The notes under the pieces are model-generated. The model ran no database searches and had not been told where the DNA came from. It worked only from the letters and a program-made list of their open reading frames with translations. A program made the translations under genes and the position numbers. Below are positions 1-9,663 of a DNA stretch of 64,000 bases, one piece after another; position 1 is the stretch's first letter, and every line of letters starts with the position of its first letter. The DNA comes from Blastocatellia bacterium (GTDB lineage Bacteria > Acidobacteriota > Blastocatellia > UBA7656): NCBI GenBank assembly GCA_963765495.1, contig CAVXWP010000001.1, forward strand, positions 1,024,001 through 1,088,000, in the 5' to 3' direction.

Positions 1-552
1 TCTCGACACGATGAGGCGGTCGCAATCGCAAGGGCGACGGCTGAAAGCTTCACGCTCGGAGACCCGCGAGAAGGGCAGGCGAAACTGGGTCCGCTGGTTT
101 CCAAAGCGCAACAGGAGCGCGTTCGCAACTATATCAGGAAGGGGATAGAAGAAGGCGCGACGCTTGTCACAGGCGGAGCGGAACAACCCGAGGGCCTCGA
201 GAATGGTTATTTCGTCAGACCCACGGTCTTTGCCGATGTGAGCAACCAGATGACGATTGCGCGCGAAGAGATATTCGGGCCTGTGCTTTCCATCATCCCT
301 TACGAAGACGAAGATGATGCCGTGCGAATCGCCAACGATACGATTTATGGGCTTGCGGGCGGCGTCTGGTCCTCCGATGTTGAGCGAGCGAAACGCGTCG
401 CGCGGCGGTTGCGCACGGGCCAGGTAGACATCAACGGCGCGAGTTTCAATCCCGTAGCCCCCTTCGGCGGATACAAGCAATCGGGCAACGGTCGCGAACT
501 TGGAAAGTATGGTCTGGAAGAATACCTCGAAGTGAAGTCTCTCCAGTTATAA
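1..552 (+). CDS. Aldehyde dehydrogenase, 5'-truncated by window edge
   Basis: Frame open from base 1; contains GPLVS, EEIFGPV and [15 protein letters not shown] motifs of the ALDH C-terminus. Confidence 0.95.
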   Translation, partial: SRHDEAVAIARATAESFTLGDPREGQAKLGPLVSKAQQERVRNYIRKGIEEGATLVTGGAEQPEGLENGYFVRPTVFADVSNQMTIAREEIFGPVLSIIPYEDEDDAVRIANDTIYGLAGGVWSSDVERAKRVARRLRTGQVDINGASFNPVAPFGGYKQSGNGRELGKYGLEEYLEVKSLQL

Positions 553-553
553 A

Positions 554-640
554 GTGATGTGCGATACGTGATGCGTGATTCGTAAAATTTACTGCCATCT
601 TCTGTCACGCATCACGTATCACGTATCAAAGATCGCATCA
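554..640. repeat. Inverted heptamer arrays (CGTGATG/CGTGATA class)
   Basis: gtgatgtgcgatacgtgatgcgtgattcg ... tcacgcatcacgtatcacgtatca. Confidence 0.85.
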
Positions 641-675
641 TCAATCTGATTCACCGGGCGCAAAAAATCGGCTTG

Positions 676-705
676 TTGACAACCTTTGCCCGCCCTCTAT
701 ACCAT
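676..705 (+). promoter_or_regulatory. Putative sigma70 promoter of cysS
   Basis: TTGACA (676-681), N18, TACCAT (700-705); GGAGG RBS before ATG 741. Confidence 0.55.
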
Positions 706-740
706 TCATTTTACTTTTATTCGAAGGCTTGGGAGGTTGA

Positions 741-2135
741 ATGCTGAGGTTAAAGAACACATTGACGCGCGCGCTGGAAGATTTTAAACCGCTTGAAGAC
801 AATCTTGTGCGAATGTACGCGTGCGGGCCTACGGTTTACGATTACGGTCACATAGGCAACTTTCGAACCTTTGTCGCCATAGATTTGCTCCGCCGCTATC
901 TGAAGTATCTCGGCTATGAAGTGCGCCACGTCATGAATATCACGGATGTGGAAGACAAGATAATCCGTGGAATGCTTGAGTCGGGGAAGAGTCTGGCTGA
1001 GTACACCGAATTTTACACCGAGGCATTTCTTGATGATCTGACCACCCTCAGCATCGAACGCCCCGAACTTATGCCGCGCGCTACGGAACACATCTCTGAG
1101 ATGATTGACATTATGAACCTTCTGGCCGAGCGCGGGCACACATACGAAAGCGAGGGGTCGCTCTATTTCAGCATCTCTTCGCTTCCGGGCTACGGCAAGC
1201 TTTCGGGTCTGAAGCTTGAAGGCAATCTCGCGGGTGCGCGCGTTGACGTGGACGAGTACGAAAAGGCGGATGCGCGCGATTTCGTATTATGGAAGGCCTC
1301 CAAAGCCGAGCACGAGCCGCGCTGGGATTCTCCATTTGGAGAGGGGCGACCGGGCTGGCATCTGGAATGCTCGGCCATGTCGATGAAATACCTCGGCGAA
1401 TCCTTTGACATTCATTGCGGCGGTGTGGATTTGATCTTTCCACATCACGAAAACGAGATAGCGCAATCGGAGGGAGCTACAGGCAAGCCTTTTGTCAAAA
1501 CGTGGTTCCACGCGGAGTTTTTGCTGGTCGAAGGCGAGAAGATGTCGAAGTCGAAGGGGAACTTCTACACCATCCGGCAACTGATCGACCAGGGTTATTC
1601 GGCGATGGCCATACGTTACCTGCTGCTGTCGGTCCCCTATCGCACGCAACTCAACTTCACGCTCGAAGGTTTGCGCGCCGCGGCGAGTTCGCTTGAGCGG
1701 TTAAAGAATTTCCGCCGACGTGTGACGGATTTCGAAGGTGCGAGCGGGTCACGCCCTCGCGTGCAGGATATAATCGCCCGCACCCGTGAAGGGTTTGAGT
1801 CGGGGATGAACGACGACCTCAACACAAGCGGGGCGCTGGCTGCAGTCTTCGATCTTGTGCGCGACATCAACATAGCGCTTGACGCAAATGAGTTTGGCGC
1901 AGACGACCGGCAATCGGTTTTAGGCCTGCTTGGACGCATAGATTCTGTTCTGGGCGTGCTTGGTGAAGTGCAGGCAGAGATGCTCGACCCGGAGATCGAG
2001 GCGAAGATCGAAGAGCGAAACGCGGCCCGTCGCGCCCGCGATTTTGCCCGCGCCGATCAGATAAGAGCGGAGCTTTCCGAGTGCGGCATCATCCTTGAAG
2101 ACACCCCTCAAGGCACTAAATGGAAGCGTAAATAG
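741..2135 (+). CDS. cysS: Cysteine--tRNA ligase
   Basis: CGPTVY..HIGN, GRPGWHLECSAM, KMSKS motifs. Confidence 0.98.
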   Translation: MLRLKNTLTRALEDFKPLEDNLVRMYACGPTVYDYGHIGNFRTFVAIDLLRRYLKYLGYEVRHVMNITDVEDKIIRGMLESGKSLAEYTEFYTEAFLDDLTTLSIERPELMPRATEHISEMIDIMNLLAERGHTYESEGSLYFSISSLPGYGKLSGLKLEGNLAGARVDVDEYEKADARDFVLWKASKAEHEPRWDSPFGEGRPGWHLECSAMSMKYLGESFDIHCGGVDLIFPHHENEIAQSEGATGKPFVKTWFHAEFLLVEGEKMSKSKGNFYTIRQLIDQGYSAMAIRYLLLSVPYRTQLNFTLEGLRAAASSLERLKNFRRRVTDFEGASGSRPRVQDIIARTREGFESGMNDDLNTSGALAAVFDLVRDINIALDANEFGADDRQSVLGLLGRIDSVLGVLGEVQAEMLDPEIEAKIEERNAARRARDFARADQIRAELSECGIILEDTPQGTKWKRK

Positions 2136-2137
2136 AA

Positions 2138-2211
2138 GACAGGATGGACAGGATTAAAAGAGATTATCAAGACTCATCTCGATAATCTCTTTTAATCCTG
2201 TCCATCCTGTC
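2138..2211. repeat. 31-bp-stem palindrome built on the GACAGGAT 9-mer, between convergent genes; likely bidirectional terminator
   Basis: GACAGGATGGACAGGATTAAAAGAGATTATC ... GATAATCTCTTTTAATCCTGTCCATCCTGTC. Confidence 0.85.
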
Positions 2212-2221
2212 AAAGAAGGGG

Positions 2222-3190
2222 TCAAGCCATCTGTGGCTCGGCTTGCGGGGCAGGCTTCTTCTCTTCTACGGGCGTGAGCCAGCCGAAACGGTCTTCGCTC
2301 TCGCCTGTGATTATCCCGAAAAACTGTCTCTGAATCTCTTCGGTTAAAGGTCCGCGACGGCCTTCGCCTACCTGCACTTTGTCTACCGAGCGAATGGGCG
2401 TGATCTCTGCGGCGGTGCCTGTGAAGAATACCTCGTCGGCGATGTAGAGCATCTCGCGCGGGATGGCCCGCTCAAGGACGGGTATGTTCATAGCTTCACA
2501 AATCTTTATGATCGAATCTCTGGTAATGCCGGGCAGGATGGTCGAATAAAGCGGCGGCGTCATAACTATGCCGTCCTTGACCAGGAAGATGTTCTCGCCC
2601 GAGCCCTCGCTGATGTAGCCCTGCGGATCAAGGGCTATGCCTTCGATGTAGCCGTTAACAATGGCTTCCATCTTGATGAGTTGCGAGTTCATGTAGTTAG
2701 CGCCCGCCTTGGCCATCGAAGGCATGGTATTTGGCGCGATGCGCGTCCAGCTTGAGACACACACATCAACCCCCTGCTCGATGGCTTCCGGGCCGAGATA
2801 TTTGCCCCACGGCCAGGCGCAGATGTAAGTCTCTACGGGAGCGGGAAAGGGGTTGACTCCGAAATGACCATAACCCCGAAAGATGATCGGGCGCAGGTAA
2901 CACTCTTTGTAATCATTGACAGGGACTATTTCCCGACACACCTGTTTTAGCTCGTCGTGGCTGTAGGGGGTCTTCATGCGATAGATATGAGCCGAATTCA
3001 GCAGACGGTTGAGGTGCTCGTCGAGCCGGAATATCGCGGACCCGCGTTTTGTATTATAGCAACGTATTCCTTCAAAGACGGACGAGCCGTAATTGATTAC
3101 GTGAGACATGACGTGGAGGGTGGCATCTTCCCAGCGAATCAACTCGCCGTTGCGCCACACATACGCTCCGTGTTCGGGTTCTTTATTCAT
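2222..3190 (-). CDS. ilvE: Branched-chain amino acid aminotransferase
   Basis: [41 protein letters not shown]. Confidence 0.96.
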   Translation of the reverse strand: MNKEPEHGAYVWRNGELIRWEDATLHVMSHVINYGSSVFEGIRCYNTKRGSAIFRLDEHLNRLLNSAHIYRMKTPYSHDELKQVCREIVPVNDYKECYLRPIIFRGYGHFGVNPFPAPVETYICAWPWGKYLGPEAIEQGVDVCVSSWTRIAPNTMPSMAKAGANYMNSQLIKMEAIVNGYIEGIALDPQGYISEGSGENIFLVKDGIVMTPPLYSTILPGITRDSIIKICEAMNIPVLERAIPREMLYIADEVFFTGTAAEITPIRSVDKVQVGEGRRGPLTEEIQRQFFGIITGESEDRFGWLTPVEEKKPAPQAEPQMA

Positions 3191-3317
3191 ATTCCTGCTC
3201 CTGATTCATTGATAATTTTGCTGTCAGACGGTGTGAATAACAAGAATCATCATACGGACGAGGGCGGGAGCGGTCAAGTTGATTCCATCTGACGTTCTTG
3301 TCTAAATTGTCGCGGAT

Positions 3318-3854
3318 TCATCCGGTATAACGTGATAAAGCAGTTTCCCATTTGCCCTGCGCCTTGAGTATCAATTCGATCACTTCACGCACCGCGCCGC
3401 GTCCGCCTTTGCGCTTCGTCACCAGATGAGAGAACCTCTTTACCTCTTCGACCGCATCGGCGACCGCCACGGCAAGCCCTGCCCGCCGGAGAATCGGAAT
3501 GTCAACCACATCGTCGCCTACGTAACAGATTTCTTCGTCGGTCAGCGATTCTTCTGTCAGTATGCTTTCATAAGGTTCCAGCTTGACCCATGCCTTTTCG
3601 TGCAGATGAGCGACGCCCAGTTCCTTAGCCCTTCTTCGCACCGCATCAGACTCGCGTCCGCTGATGATCGCGACGCGCAGGCCCGCTCGCGGAGCCATTA
3701 CCATCGCGTGCCCGTCTTTCACATCGAATGTCTTGGTCTCCCCTCCACCGGGCAGCAGGGTTATGAGCCCGTCTGTCAGCACCCCGTCGCAATCGAGTAT
3801 GAGCAGTTTCACTTTGCGGGCGCGCTCGCGCACTTCATCCGGTAATTCGGTCAC
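3318..3854 (-). CDS. kdsC: KDO 8-phosphate phosphatase (HAD)
   Basis: LLILDCDGVLTDG, FDVKDG, YVGDDVVD, GGRGAVRE. Confidence 0.9.
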   Translation of the reverse strand: MTELPDEVRERARKVKLLILDCDGVLTDGLITLLPGGGETKTFDVKDGHAMVMAPRAGLRVAIISGRESDAVRRRAKELGVAHLHEKAWVKLEPYESILTEESLTDEEICYVGDDVVDIPILRRAGLAVAVADAVEEVKRFSHLVTKRKGGRGAVREVIELILKAQGKWETALSRYTG

Positions 3855-3864
3855 ACGCGCTCCT

Positions 3865-4530
3865 TCATTCGAATAAATCTTTCAACTGATCGAATCGCTC
3901 GATCATCGTGTCGGGTGAAGTCTTGCGCAACTGATCTGCCGTGCGGAAACCGTAGGTGGCGGCGCAGGTGAGCGCCCCCGCGCGCCGCCCCGCATTTACA
4001 TCGTTTTCGCTGTCGCCTATCATCACAGCCTGTTCGGGCGTGCCTCCGAGCCGTTTGATGGCTTCGCTTACGGGTCGCGGATCGGGTTTGCGTTCGGTGA
4101 GTGTATCGCCGCCGATTATGCAGTCGAAGTACTGGGCTATGCCGAAACGTTCAAGAATAATCTCGGTGAAACGCGCCTCTTTGCTTGTGACGACGGCTTT
4201 AGATTTGCCGGAAAAATGCTCGAGCGTCTCCGCGACATTCGGATATAACCCCGTAGTCACAAACATCTGCTCGGCATAATGCTTGTGCATCAGGGCTATG
4301 CCGTCTGCGTGAAGAAATTCATCGGGCGGGCGGCGCTCGGGCTCGGTAGCCGTGAGCGACCTGTAGACCAGCACGCGAACGCCGTCGCCGACAAAACTCG
4401 CGATCAGGTCTTCGGCAAGCGTAGGCCGACCGACCTCTTCAAGCATCAGATTAATAGACCGTGCCAGATCCGCCCTCGAATCTATGAGCGTCCCGTCCAG
4501 ATCGAATAGCATCATTTCGACTAAAGGCAT
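3865..4530 (-). CDS. HAD hydrolase, phosphoglycolate phosphatase-like
   Basis: FDLDGTLIDS, KPDP, IGDSENDV. Confidence 0.85.
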   Translation of the reverse strand: MPLVEMMLFDLDGTLIDSRADLARSINLMLEEVGRPTLAEDLIASFVGDGVRVLVYRSLTATEPERRPPDEFLHADGIALMHKHYAEQMFVTTGLYPNVAETLEHFSGKSKAVVTSKEARFTEIILERFGIAQYFDCIIGGDTLTERKPDPRPVSEAIKRLGGTPEQAVMIGDSENDVNAGRRAGALTCAATYGFRTADQLRKTSPDTMIERFDQLKDLFE

Positions 4531-4534
4531 AATT

Positions 4535-4632
4535 GGGGGTCGGGGGTCGGGGGCCGGGGGCCGGGACTGAGCCAGAGAGCAAAATACCTGTTGGATACTC
4601 TCTGAACACTGGCCCCTGACCCCTGACCCCTA
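4535..4632. repeat. Inverted heptamer arrays (GGGGGTC/CCCCTGA class) starting at the acs stop codon
   Basis: gggggtcgggggtcgggggccgggggccggg ... ggcccctgacccctgacccc-ta. Confidence 0.85.
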
Positions 4633-6579
4633 TTCCTCTTCCTCTCTCAGTTTCTTCAATACCGAAAAGTCTTCGAGCGTCGTGACATCGCCGTGTACTT
4701 CGTCGCCCGTGGCGATTTCGCGAAGCAGGCGGCGCATTATCTTTCCGCTGCGGGTCTTGGGCAGCGCATCGGCAAAGCGTATGTCATCGGGTTTGGCAAG
4801 CGCCCCTATCTCTTTGGCAACCCATTGTCGCAGTTCTTCCTTGAGGCCATCCGTAACCGCCTGGCCCGATTCCAGTGTGACGAACGCCGCGATGGCCTGC
4901 CCCTTCAGGTCGTCCGGGCGAGCGACAACCGCAGCCTCGGCTACCTTGGGATGGGCCACCAGAGCCGATTCTACCTCCATAGTAGAGAGTCTGTGCCCGC
5001 TCACGTTTATCACATCGTCCACGCGGCCGAGTATCCAGAAGTAGCCGTCTTCATCCTTTCGCGCCCCGTCGCCCGCGAAATAGACGCCGGGAATCTCGGA
5101 CCAGTACTGTTGCACGTATCGGTCAGGGTCGCCATAGATCGTACGAAGCATGGAAGGCCACGGGCGCTTGATGACCAGATACCCGCCCGAACCGGGCGCG
5201 ACCGGCTCGCCCTCTTTTGTGACCACATCGGCTACGATGCCGGGAAAGGGGCGCGTGGCCGACCCCGGCTTTGTGGGGATAGCGCCCGGCAGCGGCGTGA
5301 TCATTATCATCCCGGTTTCAGTCTGCCACCACGTGTCTACTATCGGGCAGCGATTGTGGCCGATAACTTCTCGATACCACATCCACGCCTCGGGGTTTAT
5401 CGGTTCTCCAACCGTGCCGAGAAGACGAAGGCTCTTCATCTCGTAGCGGCGCGGCCACTGCTCTCCCCACTTCATAAATGCGCGGATTGCCGTAGGCGCG
5501 GTGTAAAAGATATTGACCTTGTGACGCTCGATTATCTGCCAGAAGCGATCAGGTTCCGGGTAGTTGGGCGCGCCTTCATACATCAGGCTTGTAGCGCCGT
5601 TTTGAAGCGGACCGTAAACAATATAACTGTGCCCCGTGACCCACCCTATGTCGGCCGTGCACCAGTAGATGTCTTCATCCTTGATGTTGAACACCCATTT
5701 GGTGGTCAGATATGTGCCTACGGAGTAGCCGCCGGTTGTATGAACCACGCCCTTCGGCTTGCCCGTGGTGCCCGAGGTGTAGAGTATAAACAGCGGGTGC
5801 TCGGCGTCGAGCGGTTCGGCCTCCGAGCGATCCGAAGCGACGGCCATCAGATCGTGCCACCAGTGATCGCGGCCCTCCTGCATCTCTACATCTGAGCCGG
5901 TTCGTTTGTAAACGACCACGTTCTTGATTGAAGGACACGAAGAAAGCGCCTCGTCAACCGTAGCTTTAAGCGGGATCTCCGAGCCTCGCCGGTAAGCGCC
6001 GTCCTGCGTTATTACGGCGGTGGCTTCGGCGTCGTTGATGCGGTCTACGAGGGCGTTTGCGGAAAAACCTCCGAAGACTATCGAGTGAGGCGCTCCGATG
6101 CGGGCGCAGGCGAGCATCGCGATGGGGAGTTCAGGAACCATGCCCATGTAGATCGCTACGCGGTCGCCGCATTTGATGCCGAGCGACTTCAGGACATTGG
6201 CGAATTTCGAAACCTCACCGAGGAGTTGCTGATAGGTGAGCGTTCTGATTTCGCCCGGCTCGCCTTCCCAGATGATAGCGGCCTTGTTTCTGCGCCATGT
6301 GGCGACGTGGCGGTCCAGGCAGTTGTAAGAGAGATTGATCTGCCCGCCTACGAACCACTTGGCCCAGGGAATCTCCCATTCGAGGACTTTATCCCAGGCG
6401 CGGAACCAGTGAAGCTCGCGCGCCACGCGACCCCAGAACTTTTCCGGGTCGGTTTCGGCTTCGCGCGAGATGCGCTCGTACTCTTCCATGCTCTTGATGT
6501 AGGCCGTTTCGCTGTACTCTCTGGACGGCTCGAAACGACGGGTTTCATTCAAGATAGAATCTATGCTCGACTGCGACAT
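4630..6579 (-). CDS. acs: Acetyl-CoA synthetase
   Basis: [31 protein letters not shown]; start moved to the ATG of MSQSS, which follows a GGAGG RBS. Confidence 0.97.
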   Translation of the reverse strand: MSQSSIDSILNETRRFEPSREYSETAYIKSMEEYERISREAETDPEKFWGRVARELHWFRAWDKVLEWEIPWAKWFVGGQINLSYNCLDRHVATWRRNKAAIIWEGEPGEIRTLTYQQLLGEVSKFANVLKSLGIKCGDRVAIYMGMVPELPIAMLACARIGAPHSIVFGGFSANALVDRINDAEATAVITQDGAYRRGSEIPLKATVDEALSSCPSIKNVVVYKRTGSDVEMQEGRDHWWHDLMAVASDRSEAEPLDAEHPLFILYTSGTTGKPKGVVHTTGGYSVGTYLTTKWVFNIKDEDIYWCTADIGWVTGHSYIVYGPLQNGATSLMYEGAPNYPEPDRFWQIIERHKVNIFYTAPTAIRAFMKWGEQWPRRYEMKSLRLLGTVGEPINPEAWMWYREVIGHNRCPIVDTWWQTETGMIMITPLPGAIPTKPGSATRPFPGIVADVVTKEGEPVAPGSGGYLVIKRPWPSMLRTIYGDPDRYVQQYWSEIPGVYFAGDGARKDEDGYFWILGRVDDVINVSGHRLSTMEVESALVAHPKVAEAAVVARPDDLKGQAIAAFVTLESGQAVTDGLKEELRQWVAKEIGALAKPDDIRFADALPKTRSGKIMRRLLREIATGDEVHGDVTTLEDFSVLKKLREEEE

Positions 6580-6653
6580 GCTCAGTAGCCTCCGATAAGA
6601 GATGTGATTGCGGAGATGAAAAGGTATCACATTGGCAGGCAGTGCCTCAATGA

Positions 6654-6811
6654 CGGGGGCCGGGGGTCGGGGGCCGGAGGCCGGTTTTATAAGGATTTTA
6701 ATCGCCTTAAATCAAACTGCATAAGACGGGCAGCGATAATAGCTCACGGATCAGATTTGCGCGCACCTGCTTATTACCGGCCCCCGACCCCTGACCCCCG
6801 GCCCCCGGCTA
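6654..6811. repeat. Inverted heptamer arrays (GGGGGCC/GGGGGTC class)
   Basis: cgggggccgggggtcgggggccggaggccgg ... ccggcccccgacccctgacccccggcccccggcta; abuts the TPR gene stop codon. Confidence 0.85.
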
Positions 6812-8461
6812 CTGCCCGGCGCATTTTTGCTCGATAAGGCGTTTGAGCGCCTGGGCATCCTGATCGCTCGGGTCAATCTGAAGCGCCTTTGCGGCGGCGG
6901 CTTGAGCGCCGGGGCAATCGCTCTTGAGTACGCTGATGCGACCGAGAAGCACATGAGCCGCCACAAGTTTCGGGTTCCAGAAGGCGGCAGCCTTGAGCGC
7001 GTTTGTGGCCCGGTCGAAATCGCCTCGCCTTTCATAGATGCGACCCATCAACAGATGCGCCTCATAGTTTTGCGGCGCTACCTGTAAGACCTTGCCTACC
7101 GTGGTGAGCGCCTCTTCATCCCGGCCCGCGAAGAAGGCATTGCGCGCCGCGTCCAACAACTGATCGGCCTGCGCCTGGCCCCCTGCATTTGTCGGCGGAT
7201 TCAGGCGCTCGTCCTGATCGCGTTTGTAGCGATAATAATTTGCCTTGCTGAAGGAGGTCTTCATGCGCCCGATCATCGGCGTGCCTTTTGTCTCCCATTG
7301 AGCGTAGGTCGGAAGCAGCTTCTTTGCCTGATCGGTTGCCGCGCTCGCGCCCGCCTGATCATTGCTTGCGGCGAGCGCCTTGCTCAGGATGTAATAGGAT
7401 TCACCATCCGAAGGCCGCCGCTCGATCTCGTTTTTCAACGTCTCTACCGCGTTTTTATAATCCTTTGCCAGATAGTGAGCGTAGCCGAGATTGAAGAGCG
7501 TGTCCGTGTCTCGCGGAGCCACCTCGGCGGCGGGCTTGAGGTGGTTGACCGCCTCCTCGTATTGCTTCTTTTTCAGCATCAGAACGCCGATGTTGTTGTA
7601 AACCTCATATAGCGGCAGCGTCTTAGAGAGTGTTTGCAATATCTCAAGCGATTTGTCCGTATGGTTCAGCGCGTCCTGAGCCACGCCCAGATAGAATTGC
7701 GCCTCGTCATAACGCGGGCTTTTATCATCCAACTGGCTCAATTGCTGGGCAGCCTGCTCGTAATCTCCTTCCTCAAATCGAAGGCGTCCGACCTCGAAGA
7801 TGGCCGGGGTGTAGGGGCGGCTGGTCTTGTCAGAGAACTCTTTGATCGCGCGTTCCAGAAATTCAATGCGCGCGTCGCGGTCCCGCGTCAGAGTCCCTTT
7901 GATGTAATTTTCGAACGCGCCGATGGGCGCAAGGCTCGCCTGCGTGATTATCTGATCCCGCGAATAAGGAAGGGCCGGGTTGTGTTGATAAAGTATCTCG
8001 TATGCCATCTCTCCCTGGAGCTTTTGCAGATCGATGAGCGGCCCGCCCCGGTTGAATTCGTTTCCCACGAGCCTTCCTTCATTGATATTAACCACGCGGG
8101 CCGTGATCGAAATGGTGCTTTCACGCCCTTCGCCCGCCACGCGATAAGTCCCCATTATCACGAGGTTCGCGCCCGCGCGCTCGGCTATCTTGATCATGGT
8201 CGCTCGCGTGAGAATAGCCGTGGGCGGAAGCCCTTCCTGTTTGTAGGCCACATTGCGCTCGTCGGGGCGGATGGCTACGAGGCCGGGCTTGTCGAGCAGG
8301 TCCGCGAGGTTTGCGGCAAAACTTTCGCCCACCCAGTTGTACTCGGCGCGGCCCGACAAATTTTCAAAAGGCATAGTGACGATTGTGTCGGTCCCGGCCG
8401 CAAGTCCCGTGATTGATGTGATGAGGCAGAGCATTAGGGTTGATAAGATTTGTTTCTTCAT
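6809..8461 (-). CDS. Secreted TPR protein with N-terminal TolB-N/CsgG-like domain
   Basis: Signal peptide MKKQILS...; PFENLSG..YNWVGES; multiple TPR repeats; start uncertain. Confidence 0.75.
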   Translation of the reverse strand: MKKQILSTLMLCLITSITGLAAGTDTIVTMPFENLSGRAEYNWVGESFAANLADLLDKPGLVAIRPDERNVAYKQEGLPPTAILTRATMIKIAERAGANLVIMGTYRVAGEGRESTISITARVVNINEGRLVGNEFNRGGPLIDLQKLQGEMAYEILYQHNPALPYSRDQIITQASLAPIGAFENYIKGTLTRDRDARIEFLERAIKEFSDKTSRPYTPAIFEVGRLRFEEGDYEQAAQQLSQLDDKSPRYDEAQFYLGVAQDALNHTDKSLEILQTLSKTLPLYEVYNNIGVLMLKKKQYEEAVNHLKPAAEVAPRDTDTLFNLGYAHYLAKDYKNAVETLKNEIERRPSDGESYYILSKALAASNDQAGASAATDQAKKLLPTYAQWETKGTPMIGRMKTSFSKANYYRYKRDQDERLNPPTNAGGQAQADQLLDAARNAFFAGRDEEALTTVGKVLQVAPQNYEAHLLMGRIYERRGDFDRATNALKAAAFWNPKLVAAHVLLGRISVLKSDCPGAQAAAAKALQIDPSDQDAQALKRLIEQKCAGQ

Positions 8462-8637
8462 AAGCATTATCATGAGGGCCGCAAACAGGCCAGGTATCAA
8501 ATAAGTATTGTCACGGTGCAACGCTCGTATTGTCAACGCCGGAGGATTTGAAGGGGTTTGAGATCGCAGGAAATTACTGATCGCTTTATGACTTCGCAAT
8601 GAATCTCCTGAGAATTAAAAGGCCCTGGCTATGCGGA

Positions 8638-8680
8638 TTTCAAATCTCCTGACCCCACAAATCTCAAATCTCAAATCTCA
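8638..8680. repeat. Heptamer array (AAATCTC class)
   Basis: caaatctcaaatctcaaatctca. Confidence 0.7.
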
Positions 8681-8707
8681 GCGGGGGTGCTGCCGCCCGC
8701 GTTACTC

Positions 8708-8716
8708 TGGTATAAT
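8708..8716 (+). promoter_or_regulatory. Extended -10 promoter element for recO
   Basis: TGgTATAAT 25 bp upstream of ATG 8742. Confidence 0.55.
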
Positions 8717-8741
8717 TTTGCGGAACGAGGGTTTATCATAA

Positions 8742-9524
8742 ATGCCGTTACATACTACCGAAGCGTTTGTGCTGCGTACTTATTCGCTGGCCGAGGCCGA
8801 CAAGATTTGCATCTTCCTCACACGCGAACTGGGCAAAGTGCGCGGAGTGGCGCACGGCGCGAGAAAGATGAAGAGCCGCTTCGGGTCGGCCCTCGAACCC
8901 TTTACCGAGGTTTCGCTCACTTACTTTCAAAAGGAAGGGCGTGAGCTTATGAGCGTCTCGACCTGCGAGATTACGCGTTCCTTTTTTCACACCGCCGCTC
9001 GCGATGTGGAAACGGCCACCGCGTTCTCTTATATGGCCGAATTGCTTACGGAATTCCTGCCTGACCACGAGGCAAACGAACGGCTTTACAGGCTGGTCGG
9101 GGCTACTCTTGAGGCGCTTGTGGAAGGGCGCAATCTTGAGCGCGTGCTCAGATACTTCGAAACGTGGATGCTCAGGCTTGTGGGCTTTTTCCCCGACACG
9201 TCGCGCTGCGGTGTCTGCGGTGAAACGATAGCCGCCGACCAGTCGGTTTTTCTTACGGTCGAGGGCGCGCCACGTTGTTATGATTGTAGCGGGGGGCGGG
9301 GCACGCCTATAGACAGAGCCTTGCGGAGCGTTATACGAGAACTTTTCCGCGCGCATCCTTCGGCCTTTGCCGAGGCCGGAACTTTGCCCGCGCATCTGGC
9401 CGAGATCGGTGAGATAAACTATCAAATAATCCGGCAGGCGCTTGAACGAGATTTGCGGTCGCGCGTGTTGCTCAAACAACTCAGCGCGGGCACCGAATTT
9501 GCCGCAAAGGTCGCCAAAGACTGA
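8742..9524 (+). CDS. recO: DNA repair protein RecO
   Basis: EAFVLR..AEADKI, GARKMKSRFGSALEPF, Zn-binding CxxC...CxxC. Confidence 0.93.
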   Translation: MPLHTTEAFVLRTYSLAEADKICIFLTRELGKVRGVAHGARKMKSRFGSALEPFTEVSLTYFQKEGRELMSVSTCEITRSFFHTAARDVETATAFSYMAELLTEFLPDHEANERLYRLVGATLEALVEGRNLERVLRYFETWMLRLVGFFPDTSRCGVCGETIAADQSVFLTVEGAPRCYDCSGGRGTPIDRALRSVIRELFRAHPSAFAEAGTLPAHLAEIGEINYQIIRQALERDLRSRVLLKQLSAGTEFAAKVAKD

Positions 9525-9596
9525 AGGCAAAGAGCGCCAAAATAATTCAGGCTGTCTCAGTAGGTCAGGAGTTGATTCTTTTATTCGTGCTCATCC

Positions 9597-9629
9597 GAGA
9601 TTTCAAATTTCAACTTTCAAATCTCAGAT
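9597..9629. repeat. Heptamer array (AAATTTC/AAATCTC class)
   Basis: gagatttcaaatttcaactttcaaatctcagat. Confidence 0.6.
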
Positions 9630-9663
9630 GGAAGTTGCCGCTGTACACAGGAGGACCGATCGA

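Noticed and set aside
4693-5895. 400-aa ORF opposite acs
   Set aside because: Shadow of a strongly conserved gene
8748-9530. 260-aa antisense ORF almost exactly mirroring recO
   Set aside because: No recognisable motifs; typical antisense shadow in GC-rich coding DNA
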